DNA of 64,000 nt, from NCBI GenBank assembly GCA_037440465.1, contig JBBIUB010000003.1, positions 1-64,000 on the forward strand, read 5' to 3'. The translations under genes and the position numbers were made by a program. Below, piece after piece: positions 60,408 to 64,000 of this stretch. Numbering within the stretch: the stretch's first letter is position 1; the number at the start of each line of letters is the position of its first letter. The stretch is from Coprothermobacterota bacterium (GTDB taxonomy: Bacteria; Coprothermobacterota; HKB111). The notes under the pieces were generated by a model, which worked only from the letters and a program-made list of their open reading frames with translations, searched no databases and was not told the DNA's origin.

Positions 60408-61376
60408 ATGAATTTCTTCTTAGGAGTTGACGGTGGAGCTACTAAAACAAAAGCAGTTATTGGGGATAATAATGGTAATATTCTTGGTAAAGGTGAGGGG
60501 CCTCCATCAAATTATCACTTGATTGGTTTGGAAGGAGCTATGGGTGCTATAAAATTAGCTGTAGATGCTGCCCTACTGGAAGCATCTATATCAATAAATA
60601 ATATTGAAAGAGCAGTCTTCGGTCTGGCAGGAGCTGACCTTCCAGCTCATTTCAAAGAACTGGAAAAGGGACTAAATAATACCTTCCCTAACCTTTCGCT
60701 ACGGGTTGTAAATGACACCTGTGTAGCTCTAAAAGGAGGCAGTAGAAAGGGTTGGGGTGTAGCTTTGGTTTGTGGCACCGGTGCTAATGCTTGTATATGC
60801 ACTCCACTTGGAAAATGGTTCACCTTGAGAGGTCTGGGCTACGAAACAGGTCTTGCTGGAGGAGCTATGAATATAATAAGAGACATCCTTCATCACGCTT
60901 TCCGCTCACATGATGGTATAGGACCCAAAACTAAATTAGAAGAAGAAGTACTAAAATCAGTCAATTTAAATAACTATGATGAAATCGCAGAATTGGTCTT
61001 CGGATTCTTCCTCTTCCCGAATTTTACAAGACCCGAATTTATAAACCTTTTAAATCTTTTACCGATGCTTTTCCAGTTGGCATCAGAAGGTGATGAAATT
61101 TCTCAAGATATACTCATTCATCACGGAAAAATGTTAGGTGAAATAGCAGGATGGTTAATTAAAAAGATGGGATTAGAAATGGAAGAGACAGAAGTTGTCC
61201 TGGTAGGAGGAATCTACCAGGGAGTTAATCCTCTTCTAATAGATCAGCTTACTATTTCTCTTCATCAATTGGCTCCAAGAGCAAGGATAGTATTCCCCTT
61301 TGCTGAGCCTGTAATAGGAGGATATCTTGTGGCTTTAGAGGACAGCGGTATTGAGAAACCTGCTGCTTATAAGTAA
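60408..61376 (+). CDS. BadF/BcrAD-type N-acetylglucosamine kinase-like sugar kinase
   Basis: GVDGGATKT, GLAGAD, VND, CGTG. Confidence 0.85.
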   Translation: MNFFLGVDGGATKTKAVIGDNNGNILGKGEGPPSNYHLIGLEGAMGAIKLAVDAALLEASISINNIERAVFGLAGADLPAHFKELEKGLNNTFPNLSLRVVNDTCVALKGGSRKGWGVALVCGTGANACICTPLGKWFTLRGLGYETGLAGGAMNIIRDILHHAFRSHDGIGPKTKLEEEVLKSVNLNNYDEIAELVFGFFLFPNFTRPEFINLLNLLPMLFQLASEGDEISQDILIHHGKMLGEIAGWLIKKMGLEMEETEVVLVGGIYQGVNPLLIDQLTISLHQLAPRARIVFPFAEPVIGGYLVALEDSGIEKPAAYK

Positions 61377-61398
61377 AACATAACTACGGGAGGAAAAA

Positions 61399-62511
61399 GT
61401 GGGAATCGGAGCTGGATTATCTGGACTAAGCTGGGGGAACCTTTTAATGTTTTTGGTAGGGCTTTTCTTGATTTACCTGGGTATATTCAAAAAAATGGAG
61501 CCCTTTCTTCTTATACCTATCGGTTTCGGGGTTATCCTGGCAAACCTTCCAGGAGCTGAGTTAATAGCATTTGATGATACAGGAGAAACAAAAGGAGTGC
61601 TTGCTTTAATCTATAAGTATGGCATCTCCAGCTCTCTTATTCCCCTTCTTATCTTTCTGGGTCTGGGAGCAGCTGTAGATTTTTCACCAACAATTGCTCG
61701 CCCTGTCTCACTTCTTTTTGGCGCTGCAGCCCAACTAGGAGTGTTCGCTACAATTATAGTGGCAATCCTGATGGGGTTTAGTCCTGGAGAAGCTGCTTCC
61801 ATTGGTATAATTGGCGGTTCAGATGGTCCACCTACTGTTTATCTAACAGCTCGATTAGCTCCTCAGCTTCTTGGGCCCATTACCCTCGTTGCTTACTCTT
61901 ATATGGCTTTAGTTCCTATAATCCAACCTCCTGTAATAAAACTTTTAACATCAAAAAAGGAGAGGGCCATACTCATGAAACCTCAAATACGCTCTGTTTC
62001 AAAGTTAGAACAGATTATTTTTCCTTTACTTATCCTCCTTCCCTCTGCATTGTTGATTCCAAAAGCAGCACCGCTTCTCGGTATGTTGATGTTCGGTAAT
62101 ATCTTGAGAGTTAGTGGAGTAACTGAAAGATTAGCCATTTCAGCAAGTGGAGTTTTTCTGGATGTTTTAACTTTTCTTCTTGGTTTATGCGTTGGTGCAC
62201 TTATGCCTGCAGAGATTTTCCTTCGCACCCAAACTTTAGCCATTATCTTCCTGGCTGCTATTGCCTTCACTGTTTGTACAGCAGGCGGCATACTAATGGC
62301 AAAATTTGTTAATTTATTTCTTAAGGAACCGATAAACCCATTGATTGGAGCAGCAGGGGTATCTGCTGTACCTATGTCAGCGAGAGTGGTACAAAAACTT
62401 GGCCAGGAGGCAAATCCTGAGAATTTCCTTCTCATGCATGCTATGGGACCAAACGCAGCAGGAGTTATTGCTACATCAGTTGTTGCTGGTTTACTCTTGA
62501 CTCTATTTTGA
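61399..62511 (+). CDS. Na+-translocating decarboxylase beta subunit (OadB/MmdB/GcdB family)
   Basis: EPFLLIPIGFG, GAAAQLG, IGIIGG.DGP, YSYMALVP, NPLIGAAGVSAVP, MGPN. Confidence 0.93.
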   Translation: MGIGAGLSGLSWGNLLMFLVGLFLIYLGIFKKMEPFLLIPIGFGVILANLPGAELIAFDDTGETKGVLALIYKYGISSSLIPLLIFLGLGAAVDFSPTIARPVSLLFGAAAQLGVFATIIVAILMGFSPGEAASIGIIGGSDGPPTVYLTARLAPQLLGPITLVAYSYMALVPIIQPPVIKLLTSKKERAILMKPQIRSVSKLEQIIFPLLILLPSALLIPKAAPLLGMLMFGNILRVSGVTERLAISASGVFLDVLTFLLGLCVGALMPAEIFLRTQTLAIIFLAAIAFTVCTAGGILMAKFVNLFLKEPINPLIGAAGVSAVPMSARVVQKLGQEANPENFLLMHAMGPNAAGVIATSVVAGLLLTLF

Positions 62512-62543
62512 AGGTAAGATTATTAAGCCAATATCTTAGTGTA

Positions 62544-63416
62544 TTAACTGCCTTTCTCCACCAGGCTTACTTTTAGTAAGATAAGTGGAGTAAGGTAAGC
62601 CATTGTAAAACCAATAAGAAAATACCTGATAAATATAAAAATAATGGTAGATGGAAAAGCATATTTTAATCCAATCCAGGTTATGAAAATCAAGGGAATT
62701 GCTATAAGCAATCTTAAAACCTTCTGCTTAATGCTTCCCTTTGTGCTGAAAGATATAGTTTCATCTTCAAAATAAAAACCTATTGATACTCCTAAAAGTG
62801 CGCCTGTACTAACCACACCACTTTCTGAATGATATAAAAATAAGAGTATTAGTGGTATGAATAAAGCTAAGGCTAACCTAATAAGAGTGTTATTACTTCT
62901 TAGTTTAGAAACTAATTCTTCCCAGATAGTTAAAAGGATTATTCCAATAACTAAACCACCAAGTATATCTTGAGGAAAATGAACTCCAAGGTAAATCCGA
63001 GAAAGACTTATAAGAATAATTAAAGGTAAAATTAAAAACCACAGATACCATCTTCTCATCCTAATGCCAAGATAGCTCCATAAAACCAAACCATTCTGCG
63101 CATGACTGCTGGGAAAAGAGGGAGAAGTTTCTGTTGTTAACATTTCTATCTGAAGGTCAAATGGACGTGGAATACTGAAAAAGTCTTTGACATATAAGCT
63201 AATGTACGTAGAGAAGAGTAAAAGATAGGCAAGGCCTCTACTCCAATATTTATTGACTGTTAAGTAAATTACTGGAAAGAGAAGGAGATAGAACTCCTCA
63301 TCTCCCAGGAAAGTTATATACCTAAAGAAAAAATCTAAGGAACTCGTCCTGAAACTCTGAATAAAGATGATGAACTCTGTACCGGGCTTAACCAGTTCAT
63401 TTAATAAGTCCATCAT
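62544..63416 (-). CDS. PAP2-family membrane phosphatase
   Basis: K......RP, FPSSH, SRIYLGVHFPQD. Confidence 0.9.
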   Translation of the reverse strand: MMDLLNELVKPGTEFIIFIQSFRTSSLDFFFRYITFLGDEEFYLLLFPVIYLTVNKYWSRGLAYLLLFSTYISLYVKDFFSIPRPFDLQIEMLTTETSPSFPSSHAQNGLVLWSYLGIRMRRWYLWFLILPLIILISLSRIYLGVHFPQDILGGLVIGIILLTIWEELVSKLRSNNTLIRLALALFIPLILLFLYHSESGVVSTGALLGVSIGFYFEDETISFSTKGSIKQKVLRLLIAIPLIFITWIGLKYAFPSTIIFIFIRYFLIGFTMAYLTPLILLKVSLVEKGS

Positions 63417-63432
63417 CTATCTAGATACCTTC

Positions 63433-64000
63433 CTAACTCTTTTTGATTTTTTTACTCGGCCTGGCCATACCTCCAGATATCACCAGCCTCATTCCTTCCT
63501 CTATTGTATAGTTAGTGTCTATAACTTCTTCCCTTGGTACCAGAATAAAGAATCCACTGGTGGGGTTAGGAGTTGAAGCCACGAAAACCTTAACCATGTC
63601 CTTTCCGGTTATGTCTTTAAAGTCGTCTATTACCTCTCCTGTGACAAAACCTATTGAGTAAATACCAGCCCGTGGATATTGCACCAGGACTACTCTTCTA
63701 AAAGCAGTGCTTCTACCATCTCTATCGGAAAAGATGGCATCACTTATTTGTTTTATTGTTGAATAGACAGCACTCACCATAGGAAGCTTCTTAATAATGA
63801 ATTCAGCCCAGCTGAAAAGATAACGCCCTACTACATTGGTTACAGCAATACCCATAAAAAGAGCCAACACCAGAAAAGCCAGCAGTCCCAGCCCAGGTAC
63901 TTTAGCGTTGATGATGGAAGAAATTATCCCCCCCAGAATGCTGTCTACCAGAAGAAAGAGAGTCCATAAAACATAAATTGTGGTTACTACTGGTATAAGA
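63433..64000 (-). CDS. DUF502 membrane protein (5' end outside the window)
   Basis: Frame is open to the window edge (LIPVVTTIYVLW..VPGLG); YSTIKQI, VLVQYPR, TPNPTSG, VISGG. Confidence 0.88.
   Translation of the reverse strand, partial: LIPVVTTIYVLWTLFLLVDSILGGIISSIINAKVPGLGLLAFLVLALFMGIAVTNVVGRYLFSWAEFIIKKLPMVSAVYSTIKQISDAIFSDRDGRSTAFRRVVLVQYPRAGIYSIGFVTGEVIDDFKDITGKDMVKVFVASTPNPTSGFFILVPREEVIDTNYTIEEGMRLVISGGMARPSKKIKKS

Overview
A low-GC, AT-rich stretch of core chromosome from what looks like an anaerobic, Terrabacteria-like bacterium (Firmicutes-like gene orders, several genes of types best known from archaea and Thermotogae; the taxon cannot be fixed from sequence alone). Positions 1-35 kb are one co-directional minus-strand block. 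In transcription order it runs: EF-G2, clpC-radA-PIN/TRAM-ispD-ispF-gltX-small ORF-cysS-rlmB-rhomboid-SDH protease, a 6S RNA leading an rseC-like/ytxG-like/ytxH/degenerate rsbW/sigB-like unit, alaS-ruvX-DUF1292-mltG-yqeG-pilB-pilT-pilC, then rpoB-rpoC-rpsL-rpsG-fusA-tuf. The right half holds three tRNAs, proS, an eight-gene amino-acid dehydrogenase plus aldehyde:ferredoxin oxidoreductase operon, a frameshifted GNAT, guaB, rpmB, smpB, DUF2207, an aminotransferase, a DRG-type GTPase, an unannotated RCKP mini-rubredoxin, DUF362, birA, sua5, an HD-GYP sensor, a GH4/deacetylase/kinase amino-sugar locus with a lone decarboxylase beta subunit, a PAP2 phosphatase and DUF502. I saw no prophage, transposase, integron or CRISPR array. 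The best candidate for an undescribed system is the 6S-RNA-led SigB unit, whose anti-sigma has lost its kinase motifs and has no adjacent anti-anti-sigma. All family calls come from motif recognition by eye, not database searches.
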